Origin: a virus
Taxonomy: Duplodnaviria; Heunggongvirae; Uroviricota; Caudoviricetes
Strand: one strand, 5' to 3'
Virus record (IMG/VR): IMGVR_UViG_3300028832_000129
Coordinates: 11,528 to 75,527 of that record
DNA length: 64,000 nt
Below, piece by piece: positions 11,701 to 20,672 of the stretch (its first letter is position 1; every line of letters begins with the position of its first letter). The translations under genes were made by a program, and so were the position numbers. The notes below the pieces were generated by a model. That model was given only the letters and a program-made list of their open reading frames with translations. It ran no database searches and had not been told where the DNA came from.

Positions 11701-13172
11701 GAACCGAGGCGTGGCCGATGAGCAACAGCATAGTAAAGGCGTGCATAGGAAAGGTGGATGACACCGTTACCGTGGAGGAGCTGTACCGCTCGGCGGAACT
11801 GCACGCAATCGACTTCAGCGACATAGGCGACATCCTGCAGCCGCAGGCACACCGGTCGGGGACGGACATATCCTGGCTTGACGCAATCGACGCGTTCACG
11901 AAGATTGTATCGCCGGACAACATACCTGTACCGAGCACGGGCGGCATTGATTACACCCTGTTGTTTGACCAGAAGGAAGACCAGCTACCGTTCATCATGG
12001 CCGATGCGTACGGATACTACAGGGTACTTACTGCTATTGACTGGGACGGTGCGGATTACTTCATAGCCACTACGATGCCGACCGACGATTCGCTGGCATT
12101 GTTCCTCAAGGACTACGTTCCTGGCTATGCGGCGCGGCTTGCCGTCAGAAACTGGGACAGTTACCGAGTGAAGGTGACAAGCCCGGCGACGCCGTCACCT
12201 GATACGGCCTATCTTACCAGGATGCACTGGTATGACCCTGAGTGCGACGCGGCGAGCCGCGGTATCTATGCGTCCGACGCGTTCATTGTCGGCAACGAGT
12301 TCTCCGACATGAACATGAACAGGATTGAGTTCAGCAGCGCGGACAAGGCCCGTTCGCTGAACTGCAGCGTCCCTCCGTACAGCGTGAAGGACGACTACAA
12401 TATTCTGGCGCCGTTCGCTACCGAGAACGACCCGTACTCGGTCAGCTACATCCGCGTGTTCATGAAGTTCGCATTCTCCGAGGATGCCGGCCGATGGTAC
12501 TGCATGGACTACAGGCAGGCACCGGTTTCCTACCTGAGCCCGCTTTACGGCGCGAAGGCGCTCGACCAGACTGTCGACGGAAAGAGACTATGGTCTCGCC
12601 CGGAATGCGTGTCCGCGAAGTGGCAGGCCCCGTTGATGCATACGTACGAGGAGTACTGCCCGCTGGACATCAACCCGTCACTAGTCCGCTCGGTGATGCG
12701 CAAGGACGCCAACGGGGAATGCCCGCTGATGTTCCCGTATCTCCCGGTGGATGACGGCGGTCTCGGCCTGAACGCTCCCGTGAACAAGGCGGGGACTTCT
12801 ACGGCGGAGTCAATCGCCTCGATGCCGCACGCGAACTTCTGGAGCGTCCGGGAGTTCCTACGTCCAGCCACGGGCGCCGCGAACGTGGGCGACATACCGA
12901 GATACTACAAGGACCATGGTGAATGGACATGGGGAGAAACCGGAGGTATCATGTCGGATGCGGTCCTTTGGGGACAGTACGACTATCCACACAAGGGAAA
13001 CCCGGAATACCATATTCCGGACACCGATATCCCGGATGCTGACCTCAGCAAGCGCAGCATGGTATATGCACGGCGCAATGGCACTACTCAACTGATGGAC
13101 ACCGGCGATATACAGGTGGGGCCGCATGAGAATACTGTGCTCGCCGTATCGTACGGGGCAGGCCGCGAATAA
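8742..13172 (+). CDS. Giant virion or tail protein, ~1,477 aa, with an internal DnaJ-type CXXCXGXG zinc-finger domain.
   Basis: The ATG at 8742 (MSETNPYIV) lies downstream of the terminator, so the track start at 8679 sits inside the hairpin. Residues CHVCDGTGVV...CHNCGGTGEEPDCETCGGSGKV...CPDCHGMGF (about nt 9982-10150) form four CxxCxGxG repeats. Confidence 0.55.
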   Translation: MSETNPYIVKEHKGDFENTIQYFVTGRPLTTDEEMRPDSHGVHPVSPLGFMIKEDGTTLAPAEPLSGFSAYGDSGCTAQEAYDDSYKVSGKYYMYGSDVISFPVLDIHRSEDGTKILVTVNGLLPQPENSQSFYFRNITSDDYTPTGLVGTTFSNLDSLTQDVGSGTTAIALTTDIVFDGTVGEGKLAFCVNHEVSGHKFLTVEDPDSDTLSGIYVWGESEGEPIRKIFNWGSCEVGETEDTGGPCYEGNGYSDTEVAKWVNEKVGAMTHYGCHPSSEPGDIRDAGGLVNWFVTNGDVDITGGAGNTSVMIPGFGLGQGFQGKYAVDTGTNVRTEDPDETSEHKWLTFGYGTKHDAYAADVGKTALPLDWPFSHSSDYADEKRDNNITLIKDGVQFYDGTDTSVVGGLTRISRECHVCDGTGVVIEGPCHNCGGTGEEPDCETCGGSGKVIDSVTQEEHECPDCHGMGFLGGHRYVMDKVHVCLYNDFKPSDGAHDHTAGTTVLKKTFVNLATPITQKDGDTFEVTVSLPNVNIPDAYSGNDAMQNLSGYYAYVSQPRVYVVSGTWEFSDTRVFFDTKDLLTYDLGDTMFKARKGFQLDNNTEVKVKISFDAYSRKKFAGIGIIADGRYVVLKEALNIPAVLLRKIKRSADSDGNIKGSICGAAYVEANNDTLTQAIQTDIGLNAVRNEEGALGKDMGNGEANSLQQYNKLYTADIENGTRKHVLFEADGTPRKDQRQIVATVYPTTTNTFPWALTHRRKLGFLDKLMTMESDAGVNGMFARVYRMNRAILESIPMSESLAPEDYPLDMYSTASWNSQENDRLSIIGALLTVVMDPDVDVSRKSQAQPVRRALAAVKMLAEDYRNARVSRLGDVGAGVTSYVSYAKIRKDGSALSDYSSLGSTVDLNSRNDYEGMANAIRLRHLPEFLAAAGTDEYTGEPLSPSLDAYPYRDNSKYSYYSGNPYGYGTFDTTTRTEEVPCEVASSTGTEAWPMSNSIVKACIGKVDDTVTVEELYRSAELHAIDFSDIGDILQPQAHRSGTDISWLDAIDAFTKIVSPDNIPVPSTGGIDYTLLFDQKEDQLPFIMADAYGYYRVLTAIDWDGADYFIATTMPTDDSLALFLKDYVPGYAARLAVRNWDSYRVKVTSPATPSPDTAYLTRMHWYDPECDAASRGIYASDAFIVGNEFSDMNMNRIEFSSADKARSLNCSVPPYSVKDDYNILAPFATENDPYSVSYIRVFMKFAFSEDAGRWYCMDYRQAPVSYLSPLYGAKALDQTVDGKRLWSRPECVSAKWQAPLMHTYEEYCPLDINPSLVRSVMRKDANGECPLMFPYLPVDDGGLGLNAPVNKAGTSTAESIASMPHANFWSVREFLRPATGAANVGDIPRYYKDHGEWTWGETGGIMSDAVLWGQYDYPHKGNPEYHIPDTDIPDADLSKRSMVYARRNGTTQLMDTGDIQVGPHENTVLAVSYGAGRE

Positions 13173-13198
13173 ACTTTTAGAGGAATTGACGGTAGAAT

Positions 13199-14821
13199 AT
13201 GGCACAGATTGAACAAGAACGAATTTCCGCGCTGGATAGCTTGGTTACCCAGTCAGCGGACGGCGTTAACGAGCTCATAGAGTCCACTGTTGAAGCAGCA
13301 AAGTGGGCCATGGCGGTGGACTACATTGTCCCCGATAGTGATACCGCCAACCAGGAAGACTTGGTAGACCAGGGTACAAAGCGTATACCGGTAAGCCGAA
13401 TTGGCTTGCTGACTGATAGCCGTACCGTTCCACAGTCCATGTTACCTCACCAGATGGACGAGATTCTTAATGGACGAATGGTGCATGATACAGGTACCGG
13501 AAAATGGACATTCACCACTACCGTCGACGGGGTGCAGGTGGTATATGTATGCCCTGGTCCCCCGGTAGGAGATGAACGGCGGCCGGACATTAGTACTATA
13601 TACCGGGATGTAAGTGACGAAGACCAGGATGGAAACCCAATCTACACTCAGTATAGATATGTGCCGGATGACAATGCTGATGTTGGAACTGCCTCCGAAA
13701 CAGGGAGTTTCGTTCCTATTCCGAGTGACCTAGTCATGATAAATGGTGCCGGGACGGTAGTATCTGATAACGATGGCTCATACACCAGGGCCGTTGATAT
13801 TGTTATCGGTGCCCCTGCGGCGGAAACCAATACACATAATAGTCTCTTAATCAGCAGTGGCAAACTTTCGCATGCTACGAGTGGTGTGGCTGCCGGTACG
13901 TATCCAACCCCTCCGCAATCGTCTCAGTTGACGTTTGGCGGCACATTCGCCGTAGATGCATTTACCGTTAACTCGACTGGCCATGTTACCGCAGTCACTC
14001 CGTATTCGCTGACTGTGCCTAATACGGCGGCTTCACTATCTACCGAGGGATTGGTAAAGATAGGCAGTACCGATGACATACAAAATATAGGCCAGCAAAA
14101 ATCGGCGGGTACAACGACACCGAGTCCTTATGTAAAGGTTGCCGCCGCCGACCATGTCCATGCAGCATCCCATTTGATTCTGGAAAATATCAATGATTCC
14201 ACCAATTTCCAAAATGGGAGATTGGAATATACGGGTGCTGGTTCGGATATTGAATATAGTTTCAAGAATATTTTGAAGGCTACACTTCCGACTAATGGGC
14301 CGACTGCTGCCGGACAACTGTTGGTCAGCGTCGGAAATTCCGTTGCTAATATGCAGGCCGTCTGGAGAAATCCCGATGATGTATTTGCGCCAGAGTATGC
14401 ATTTGTGAAGGTTGCTAGCGGATGTACGTGTGGTACCTCTCCGGTTACCGTTCCATTCGATACATCAACGGAAACCCATGGCGGTAGCATGACGGTTGCA
14501 CAAACCGAATTTGGCGGGCTGAAGGCAGGCAAGGCATATGTCGTGTGCTTTAACTTTGGGTTCTCACATTCGTCAGCGACAACGTTTATTGAAGATGCCG
14601 TTGTAACAGTACAGACCGGCGCCGATTCCCAGTGGACAAGTGCGGCGGAGTATCGTTATTATCTGGACGGCTCAATTACTGGCGTATCAAACTATATAAA
14701 CGGTTGCATCATATTCTCGGTACCCAATGGTCATACATTAGCGAGACTCCGGCTGAATACAGGCCGGTCAACGTGGAACATTACTACTGACAGTAGCGTA
14801 CAAATTGCAGAGGTTAAGTAG
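13199..14821 (+). CDS. Tail-fibre or receptor-binding-like protein, paralog A, 540 aa.
   Basis: Shares a long collinear block with the next ORF: DIVIGAPAAETNTH...TFGGTF..DAFTVNSTGHVTAVTPYSLTVPNTAASLSTEGLVKIG...QQKSAGTTTPSPYVKVAAADHVH. Moderate GC. Ends with TAG. Confidence 0.55.
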   Translation: MAQIEQERISALDSLVTQSADGVNELIESTVEAAKWAMAVDYIVPDSDTANQEDLVDQGTKRIPVSRIGLLTDSRTVPQSMLPHQMDEILNGRMVHDTGTGKWTFTTTVDGVQVVYVCPGPPVGDERRPDISTIYRDVSDEDQDGNPIYTQYRYVPDDNADVGTASETGSFVPIPSDLVMINGAGTVVSDNDGSYTRAVDIVIGAPAAETNTHNSLLISSGKLSHATSGVAAGTYPTPPQSSQLTFGGTFAVDAFTVNSTGHVTAVTPYSLTVPNTAASLSTEGLVKIGSTDDIQNIGQQKSAGTTTPSPYVKVAAADHVHAASHLILENINDSTNFQNGRLEYTGAGSDIEYSFKNILKATLPTNGPTAAGQLLVSVGNSVANMQAVWRNPDDVFAPEYAFVKVASGCTCGTSPVTVPFDTSTETHGGSMTVAQTEFGGLKAGKAYVVCFNFGFSHSSATTFIEDAVVTVQTGADSQWTSAAEYRYYLDGSITGVSNYINGCIIFSVPNGHTLARLRLNTGRSTWNITTDSSVQIAEVK

Positions 14822-14823
14822 GA

Positions 14824-16374
14824 ATGGACCCGATAATCTACAAGAGAACCCACAAGAGGATACGCGAGCTTAATCAGTTCGAGGAAACTCAGGGTGGAGT
14901 TGACCCAATCGGAACACTGATGGGCTCGTCGGTGGCAAGTAAATGGTGTACAGCATTTGATGCGAGTGATTCATCCGTTGAACCTGATGATTCGTATAGC
15001 GTGCCATTAAGCCGATTGATTCTTCTTAGCCCGAACCGGAAAGTTCCGGCTGCGTTTTTGCCATCCTCGGTTTCTTCCGGCGAACTGCTGGTTACCCGCA
15101 CATATTCAGGTAGCGGCGACCCGAGGGAATGTCTACCTAATGTGGGTGAACAATATTACGGCAACATGAACCTTATCTTTAAGGTGGAAAGAACTGGACA
15201 GCCCGATGCATTTTATAGGTACGCATACACTGATTCCATGGATATACAGGAATGGTATGAAGTATACCATTCGCTATCGGACCGGCATGGGTTCTCTAAC
15301 GGTCAGGGTACAGTTGTTAGCGATACCATAAATCCGTCGACTGGAGCATATCATAGGGAAATTGATATCAATATCGGAACACCGGCTGCACATACGGACA
15401 CTATATTATCGATTACGAGTAGCAGTCCGTATAAGCTCGTGCATACGTTGAGCCAGAACACCAATGTCGATGCACCGGTACCTGCATCCGAGCCTGTGTT
15501 GTCGTTTGGGGGGTCATTATATACCCCAACACTAACTGTTGACAGTACAGGACATGTATCTAGCATAGTGTCGCAATCTTATACTTTGCCGAACACCCCC
15601 GCGGAAAAGGGTACGAACACTGATATTGCCGGTCTTGTTCGGATAGGGAACAGCAGTACATCTATAGGAACCCAGAAATCCGCCGGGCATACATCGGTGG
15701 ACAGTGAGCACCCATATATTCTGGTATCGGCCGCCGACCACAAGCATGATATGGCGAAGCTTGCATTTGTCGACAGCAATGATGACATTTCATATCAGGG
15801 CATGACGGATGTACCTGGTGTGGGAACGATAAGATATGATTTCAACCATATCGTGCAGGCCACGCTGCCAAGTGCCCCATTGTCTGCCGGACAGTTTGTC
15901 CTTACTGCCGAGTCGGCAACGACCCAGTCCAATTATGGAAGTACACGATGGACCACTATCGATAATGCGTTGCCGAACCAAGAGGGTATTGGTTCCGGGA
16001 CGGCTGTAATGCGAACCGTAGCTACTTCGCTTGGGTCGATTGCGCCGTTGGTTCAAGGTGGTATCTATCTGGTTACAATGAACATCATGGTTGAAGTTAC
16101 CGGTGGAGTCGGTGCACAGTCGGTTGCGCCTGTGCCTACGTTGCATGAACTTGAACTGACCATAGGAAACCATGTTGAAAAAATTACAATTCCCGGTTCC
16201 TGGACATGCACTGCACTTCCGAATAGTGGCATGCGATGGCTTGGCATGGCGACATTTATAATGATGGCGGCCGGTACAGCTGCACCAATGTCTGGCCGTA
16301 TGCCGGCACCGGACACCACTTATGATGGCGTATTTAAAGTAACGTGCGGTGCAATAGCCGAGCGTCTCAGGTAG
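14824..16374 (+). CDS. Tail-fibre or receptor-binding-like protein, paralog B, 516 aa.
   Basis: Tandem paralog of 13199..14821: DINIGTPAAHTDT...SFGGSLYTPTLTVDSTGHVSSIVSQSYTLPNTPAEKGTNTDIAGLVRIG...TQKSAGHTSV...ILVSAADHKH. Confidence 0.55.
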   Translation: MDPIIYKRTHKRIRELNQFEETQGGVDPIGTLMGSSVASKWCTAFDASDSSVEPDDSYSVPLSRLILLSPNRKVPAAFLPSSVSSGELLVTRTYSGSGDPRECLPNVGEQYYGNMNLIFKVERTGQPDAFYRYAYTDSMDIQEWYEVYHSLSDRHGFSNGQGTVVSDTINPSTGAYHREIDINIGTPAAHTDTILSITSSSPYKLVHTLSQNTNVDAPVPASEPVLSFGGSLYTPTLTVDSTGHVSSIVSQSYTLPNTPAEKGTNTDIAGLVRIGNSSTSIGTQKSAGHTSVDSEHPYILVSAADHKHDMAKLAFVDSNDDISYQGMTDVPGVGTIRYDFNHIVQATLPSAPLSAGQFVLTAESATTQSNYGSTRWTTIDNALPNQEGIGSGTAVMRTVATSLGSIAPLVQGGIYLVTMNIMVEVTGGVGAQSVAPVPTLHELELTIGNHVEKITIPGSWTCTALPNSGMRWLGMATFIMMAAGTAAPMSGRMPAPDTTYDGVFKVTCGAIAERLR

Positions 16375-16666
16375 GCGTCCCGCCGAATTTTACCATGTTG
16401 TGAATGAAGAACCTGATTCCGCAGTCACTGCATTCGCGGAAGGTTCCCTTTATGTCCCTCCCGGAAATCCCGGGACCTCCCGTGGGTTCCCCGCAGGACG
16501 GACAGGTGAACTGCCCGAGGAACGAGTCGAGCGTAACCGACTTGGGAAGGGTTATGTCGACCGTGCCGTCATCCCAGAAGCGCACGGTGCATTCCGGGTG
16601 CTCCTTCATGAAGGAGGCCACCTTTACCAGCTTCGGGTTGATTTCCAGCAGCTTCTCGGGTGTCAT
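16367..16666 (-). CDS. Small zinc-ribbon protein, 99 aa.
   Basis: Minus-strand ORF with CPSCGEP...CSDCG Cys pairs. Part of a four-gene minus-strand island. Confidence 0.4.
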   Translation of the reverse strand: MTPEKLLEINPKLVKVASFMKEHPECTVRFWDDGTVDITLPKSVTLDSFLGQFTCPSCGEPTGGPGISGRDIKGTFRECSDCGIRFFIHNMVKFGGTPT

Positions 16667-16670
16667 GGCT

Positions 16671-16901
16671 CTACCACAGGTACTTTATCGCGGCGAACGT
16701 GGCGAACGCGCAGCTCGCCAGGACCGGGATTGTGAGGCATATCCCGACGACGGCCCAGAAGATTCTCCGGTAGTGCCATTCGTCAGTGTCGATGTCGTAC
16801 AGCCTGAGGAAGTTCATCGATATGATGAACTCGGCCGCGAGGAACAGCCAAACCACCTCGAAGATGTTGAGGTACTGGTCGTCTTTGACTCTAGCAATCA
16901 T
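16671..16901 (-). CDS. Small membrane protein, 76 aa.
   Basis: Two hydrophobic helices (WLFLAAEFIISMNF, AVVGICLTIPVLASCAF). Confidence 0.4.
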   Translation of the reverse strand: MIARVKDDQYLNIFEVVWLFLAAEFIISMNFLRLYDIDTDEWHYRRIFWAVVGICLTIPVLASCAFATFAAIKYLW

Positions 16902-16905
16902 GCTA

Positions 16906-17595
16906 CTAAATTACATCAAAACTGTCCGGAACTTCAGGTTCCTCGCCCTGTTCGTTGGGTTCTTCCCCCGCGTTGTCTACCCACAGCTGGACCGGATACT
17001 TGGCGGTCTCGTCGTCCACCTGGGCGATGAACTGGTACCCGCTCTTCGCCAGGCCCTCGATGCAGTCCTTGTCGGTGGTGTCCACGACGATGAAAGTGGG
17101 GGTGTCCAGGGCGTTAATCTGGGCCCTGAGCTCCTCCCCCAGGCCGTGGTTGCGGTATTCCTCGGCCACGGCGAAGAATTCCTGCTGGACGCGCCCGTCG
17201 AGGTTGTAGCCGCTCAGGAGGCTGTAGTACTTGATTGGCACCACGCCACGGTAGTCCTCCCTGGTCGGGTCGATGAGGTTGGCGGCGGCCACCGGGAAGT
17301 CGTTGTCGGTGATGTACACGATGGTGACGGAGTTGAGCAGCCTGTCCACCGTGCTTGGGGTCGCCACGGGGACGGTGTTGTCCGGCGGCGGGGTAATGTC
17401 GTTCTTCCCGTCGATGACCGCGGCGATGTCGCGGAGGGTTCCCTCCTCGATGTCGGAGGGGGACTTGACGTAGGCCTTGAACCTCTCCGGGTCAAGCGAC
17501 GGCTGTTCCGCCGGGGCTTCCTGGGTGTCGCCTATCGCCTCGCACAGGACGAGGGCGGCATCCATCTTGTTGATGCTCTCGAAAAGGTTCCGCAT
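16906..17595 (-). CDS. Hypothetical protein, possibly a GNAT-like acetyltransferase.
   Basis: The C-terminal segment EEYRNHGLGEELRAQI resembles the GNAT acetyl-CoA motif R/Q-x-x-G-x-G/A. Weak. Confidence 0.4.
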   Translation of the reverse strand: MRNLFESINKMDAALVLCEAIGDTQEAPAEQPSLDPERFKAYVKSPSDIEEGTLRDIAAVIDGKNDITPPPDNTVPVATPSTVDRLLNSVTIVYITDNDFPVAAANLIDPTREDYRGVVPIKYYSLLSGYNLDGRVQQEFFAVAEEYRNHGLGEELRAQINALDTPTFIVVDTTDKDCIEGLAKSGYQFIAQVDDETAKYPVQLWVDNAGEEPNEQGEEPEVPDSFDVI

Positions 17596-18143
17596 TAGTT
17601 GTACTCCAGCATGCCGGTCTCCTCGTTGTACACGGGGCCGCGGTACTCGTAGTTCTGAAGGTCGTTGTTGTTGTACTCCTTGTCGTCGCAGCAGGGAGGG
17701 GCGTTGAACAGCTCGTTCTTCTTCCGGTTGATTGTCCTGGCGAACATGTCAGCCAGGTCCTTGCGGTTGTCCTTCACGAGCTTGCCGTAGATGTCCTTGG
17801 CGGCCTTCCACGACTGGGTGGACGTGACACTGTTGGAGTCGGCCATCTCGTCGACGATGCCGTTGGCGATGTCCAGGGCCAGCTGGTTGACAGAATCCGC
17901 GTTCACCGGGACGTTTTCCGGGATGGTCAGGACATGTTCGTGGGAACCGGGCTTCTGGACGTTGCCGGCGCAGCCGGAGAATATCGTGCCGGCCACCAGG
18001 GCGCCAATCGTCATGAGTTTGCCGAGGACTCCCTCCTCGAGGGGCCTGCCTGTCGAGGCCGTGCCAAGGCCGGCGAACAGCGCTTCGGCCAGGGCCTTGT
18101 CCTTGGTTCCACTCATCCTCTGTATGTCTTCGATAGTGTACAT
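17595..18143 (-). CDS. Putative lipoprotein. The real start may be the internal Met near 18017.
   Basis: Internal MTIGALVAGTIFSGCAGN signal peptide with an FSGC lipobox. The upstream 42 codons may not be translated. Confidence 0.45.
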   Translation of the reverse strand: MYTIEDIQRMSGTKDKALAEALFAGLGTASTGRPLEEGVLGKLMTIGALVAGTIFSGCAGNVQKPGSHEHVLTIPENVPVNADSVNQLALDIANGIVDEMADSNSVTSTQSWKAAKDIYGKLVKDNRKDLADMFARTINRKKNELFNAPPCCDDKEYNNNDLQNYEYRGPVYNEETGMLEYN

Positions 18144-18204
18144 AAGGTACCCAACTTTTCACTTTTTCGTAAGTTTATACCGTATTTCCGACGCCAATAA
18201 ACTA

Positions 18205-18223
18205 GATTTATGCTATATTTACC
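18205..18223 (+). promoter_or_regulatory. Phage promoter motif, variant TTTATGCTATATTTACC.
   Basis: Member of the recurrent TTTTGCTATATTTGG family. Lies in the AT-rich divergent intergenic region upstream of the + strand early-type genes. Confidence 0.5.
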
Positions 18224-18238
18224 AGAGAGGGTTCATCT

Positions 18239-18505
18239 ATGAATGCCAGGATTGAAGACTTTGCAGCAGATTACGTGGTCGTCCCGCTCTTCTCGGCGGG
18301 CAGTTACGGAATCGTCAACGTGAACCGCGGCGACATGACCGACAAGGAATGGGCCGTATGGAACCGCGCACGCACTGCCCCGGAAATCAAGGAAGCCATC
18401 AACAAGGCAGCTCGCCCGTCGGAAATCCCGGGAAGGGTGATTGCTGTCCTAGACGAAAGAGGAATACCGAGATGCCTTACAAATCAGGAACGTCCTATTA
18501 TGTAA
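18239..18505 (+). CDS. Hypothetical protein, 88 aa.
   Basis: First ORF after the promoter motif. Overlaps the start of the next gene. Confidence 0.35.
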   Translation: MNARIEDFAADYVVVPLFSAGSYGIVNVNRGDMTDKEWAVWNRARTAPEIKEAINKAARPSEIPGRVIAVLDERGIPRCLTNQERPIM

Positions 18506-19311
18506 CCGACAAGGACTGCGAGACTGCCTTCGCGCAGTGCAAGGCGTGCGAGTTCGTGTCCGACAACAAGAACTACAGGTCCATTGTCGAGAGCACGTAC
18601 CTAACTGTCCGCGATACGGATGACATCAACGCGTCGTGCGGAAGGCTCACCGATGCTGTCAGGAACCACCTGAACCAGTATTACCCAGTGGTGGACTGGA
18701 ACCAGTACACGCATATCCTGTCGGTATACGCCGGGATGCTCCGGTGGGTCAACATGGTCGCACACGTGTGCGAGTACATCGACCGCACGCACAGGATTGG
18801 CGAGGCGAAGAAGATGCTCGCCTGGTCGGCCACAAGGCTCACCTCGTTCGAGGCCGGCAGCGACTTCGTGCAGAGGTTCCTCGACGAGTTCCACATCCAG
18901 TGCGACGGGCATCGCGAGGAAGTTGTCAGGATGTACGCAATCGCCATCCTTGTCGGCCTCATCGGCCACGAGCTCGGCCACGCGTGCCTCGGTCACTACG
19001 GCCAGCCGGACCAGAACTCGATTTCCAGGAACAACGAGCGCTGCGCCGACATGTTCGCCTCCTCGGTCGCCCAGTCAATCGGCAACGGGTACGCCGGCGC
19101 AATCGGCGCCGTGGTGCTCGACGTGTCGTTCATGTGGCTCGCCGGGAAGCATTCCGCATACGTGACCAACGGCAGCGCCAAGGACAACAAGTTCATGTCG
19201 CACCCGGTGTCCATCGACCGAGTGAAGGCTTTCGTCGAGTCCTTCAACACGGTGCTGGTAACGTCGCCCGTGACGGCCAAGATGCTCATGAAGCTCACGA
19301 AGGATGCATAG
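18471..19311 (+). CDS. Putative Zn-dependent metallopeptidase with an HExxH motif.
   Basis: ATG at 18471 (MPYKSGTSYY) preceded by GAGGAATA. LIGHELGHACLGH is an HExxH zinc-binding motif, as in ImmA/IrrE-like peptidases. Confidence 0.55.
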
Positions 19312-19789
19312 CATGGCTTTCGCCGACGTAACAGTAAGCAAGTTCACCGTACAGTACATGCTCAAGGACCTTGAGAGGGACATGCCGACCATGCTCCCGC
19401 TCAAGGCGTATTCCGTCGACTTGACCCTGGAAGTTCCCGACGAGCTTTCCCAGTATCTCCCGGCGTACGTCAAGGGTTTCCAGGGGTTGGACCCGAACGC
19501 CGCGGAGGCCAGGGTAATCCCCGAATACAGCGCACCGTCGGAAGTGGTGAAGAAGTGGAAGAAGATTCTCACCAAGGAGTACCCGGACGCGTTCAACGCC
19601 AAGCAGACCAAGCCCGACATGGTAATCGACTGCGCCATCAGCTGTACGCTGGAGGACGCAATCAAGGACGCCCTGGAGGAACTGTGGGACAAGAGCCTGG
19701 CCGAGTCGCTCAAGGCGGTACCCGACGTACCTGACGGATACAGGATAGGGGCCAGGTACATCCACCTGGTCGATTGGAACGTGAAATGA
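19304..19789 (+). CDS. Hypothetical protein, 161 aa.
   Basis: Intact ORF. A terminator follows. Confidence 0.5.
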   Translation: MHSMAFADVTVSKFTVQYMLKDLERDMPTMLPLKAYSVDLTLEVPDELSQYLPAYVKGFQGLDPNAAEARVIPEYSAPSEVVKKWKKILTKEYPDAFNAKQTKPDMVIDCAISCTLEDAIKDALEELWDKSLAESLKAVPDVPDGYRIGARYIHLVDWNVK

Positions 19790-19812
19790 CACAAGGCCGC
19801 CCCGGGACGGCC
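19784..19812 (+). terminator. Rho-independent terminator.
   Basis: GGCCG-ccccggga-CGGCC hairpin plus TTTTGATTT. Confidence 0.55.
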
Positions 19813-19844
19813 TTTTGATTTAGTTTAAATGGAGAGGAAATCCG

Positions 19845-20672
19845 ATGCACGAATTTTTCGAAAGAGTTGACAACGCGTTCGGCATGATTAAGGCCGATAC
19901 GAAGTGGAATACGTTCACCATCAACGCGGTGAAGCTGCTTGGCGTGAACAAGCTGGTGGAGTCATACATTCCGCCGTTTGATTCTGATGCGCAGGCACCG
20001 ATAACCGCACAGAAGATGTCTGCCGAGCAAGGCAAGACGGTAACCGCCGAGGAAGTGAAGGCCATGTGGAAGCGCAAGGCAAAGATTTCCACCGAGCTCG
20101 GCGTCAGGGTACACTCGTACATCGAAGCCGCCATGGCAAACAAGTTCTACAGGTACGACGATGCTTCCATCAAGGAGGCATTCCCTAACGATACGGAAGA
20201 CCCCATAAGGGAACGCTACAACCGCATCATTCTCCAGGTAGACCAGTTCCGCGAGTCTATCCGGGGCAAGCTGATTCCTGTTGTTTCCGAACAGGTCATC
20301 GGTTCTCCCAAGTACATGGTGTGCGGAATCGTCGACCAGATTTTCTGGAACAAGAAGGCGAACGAGTTCCAGATTTGGGACTGGAAGTCCAACGAGAAGT
20401 TCAACCTCGACTCGAATTTCAAGTTCAATCCGCCGTTCGGGCATCTCGCCAACTGCGAATACCACAAGTATTCCATGCAGCTCTGCATGTACAAGCACCT
20501 GTTCACCGAAGCCACGGGCATTCCTATCGGCAAGTGCTACCTGTGCTGGTTCTCCAGCGAGGCACCCACGCAGCAGATGTTCCCGGTGCAGGACTTCAGC
20601 AACGAGGTGACGCAGATGCTGGCCATGCGTGCGCAGCAGCTCGGCCTAGTCGACCAGGGGAGTGTGTTCTAA
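19845..20672 (+). CDS. PD-(D/E)XK superfamily nuclease, RecB/Cas4/YqaJ-like.
   Basis: CGIVDQIF (motif II Asp), IWDWK (D-x-K) and QLCMYK (QxxxY) in canonical order. Confidence 0.55.
   Translation: MHEFFERVDNAFGMIKADTKWNTFTINAVKLLGVNKLVESYIPPFDSDAQAPITAQKMSAEQGKTVTAEEVKAMWKRKAKISTELGVRVHSYIEAAMANKFYRYDDASIKEAFPNDTEDPIRERYNRIILQVDQFRESIRGKLIPVVSEQVIGSPKYMVCGIVDQIFWNKKANEFQIWDWKSNEKFNLDSNFKFNPPFGHLANCEYHKYSMQLCMYKHLFTEATGIPIGKCYLCWFSSEAPTQQMFPVQDFSNEVTQMLAMRAQQLGLVDQGSVF

Noticed and set aside
14819-14821. Stop-codon reassignment (TAG/TGA recoding) suggested by the CUA-anticodon tRNA-like gene
   Set aside because: Long ORFs are intact under the standard code, and TAG and TGA terminate well-supported genes (e.g. 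14819-14821; ligA ends in TGA). Read-through of the TAG adds only four codons before a TAA. There is no evidence of recoding in this window.
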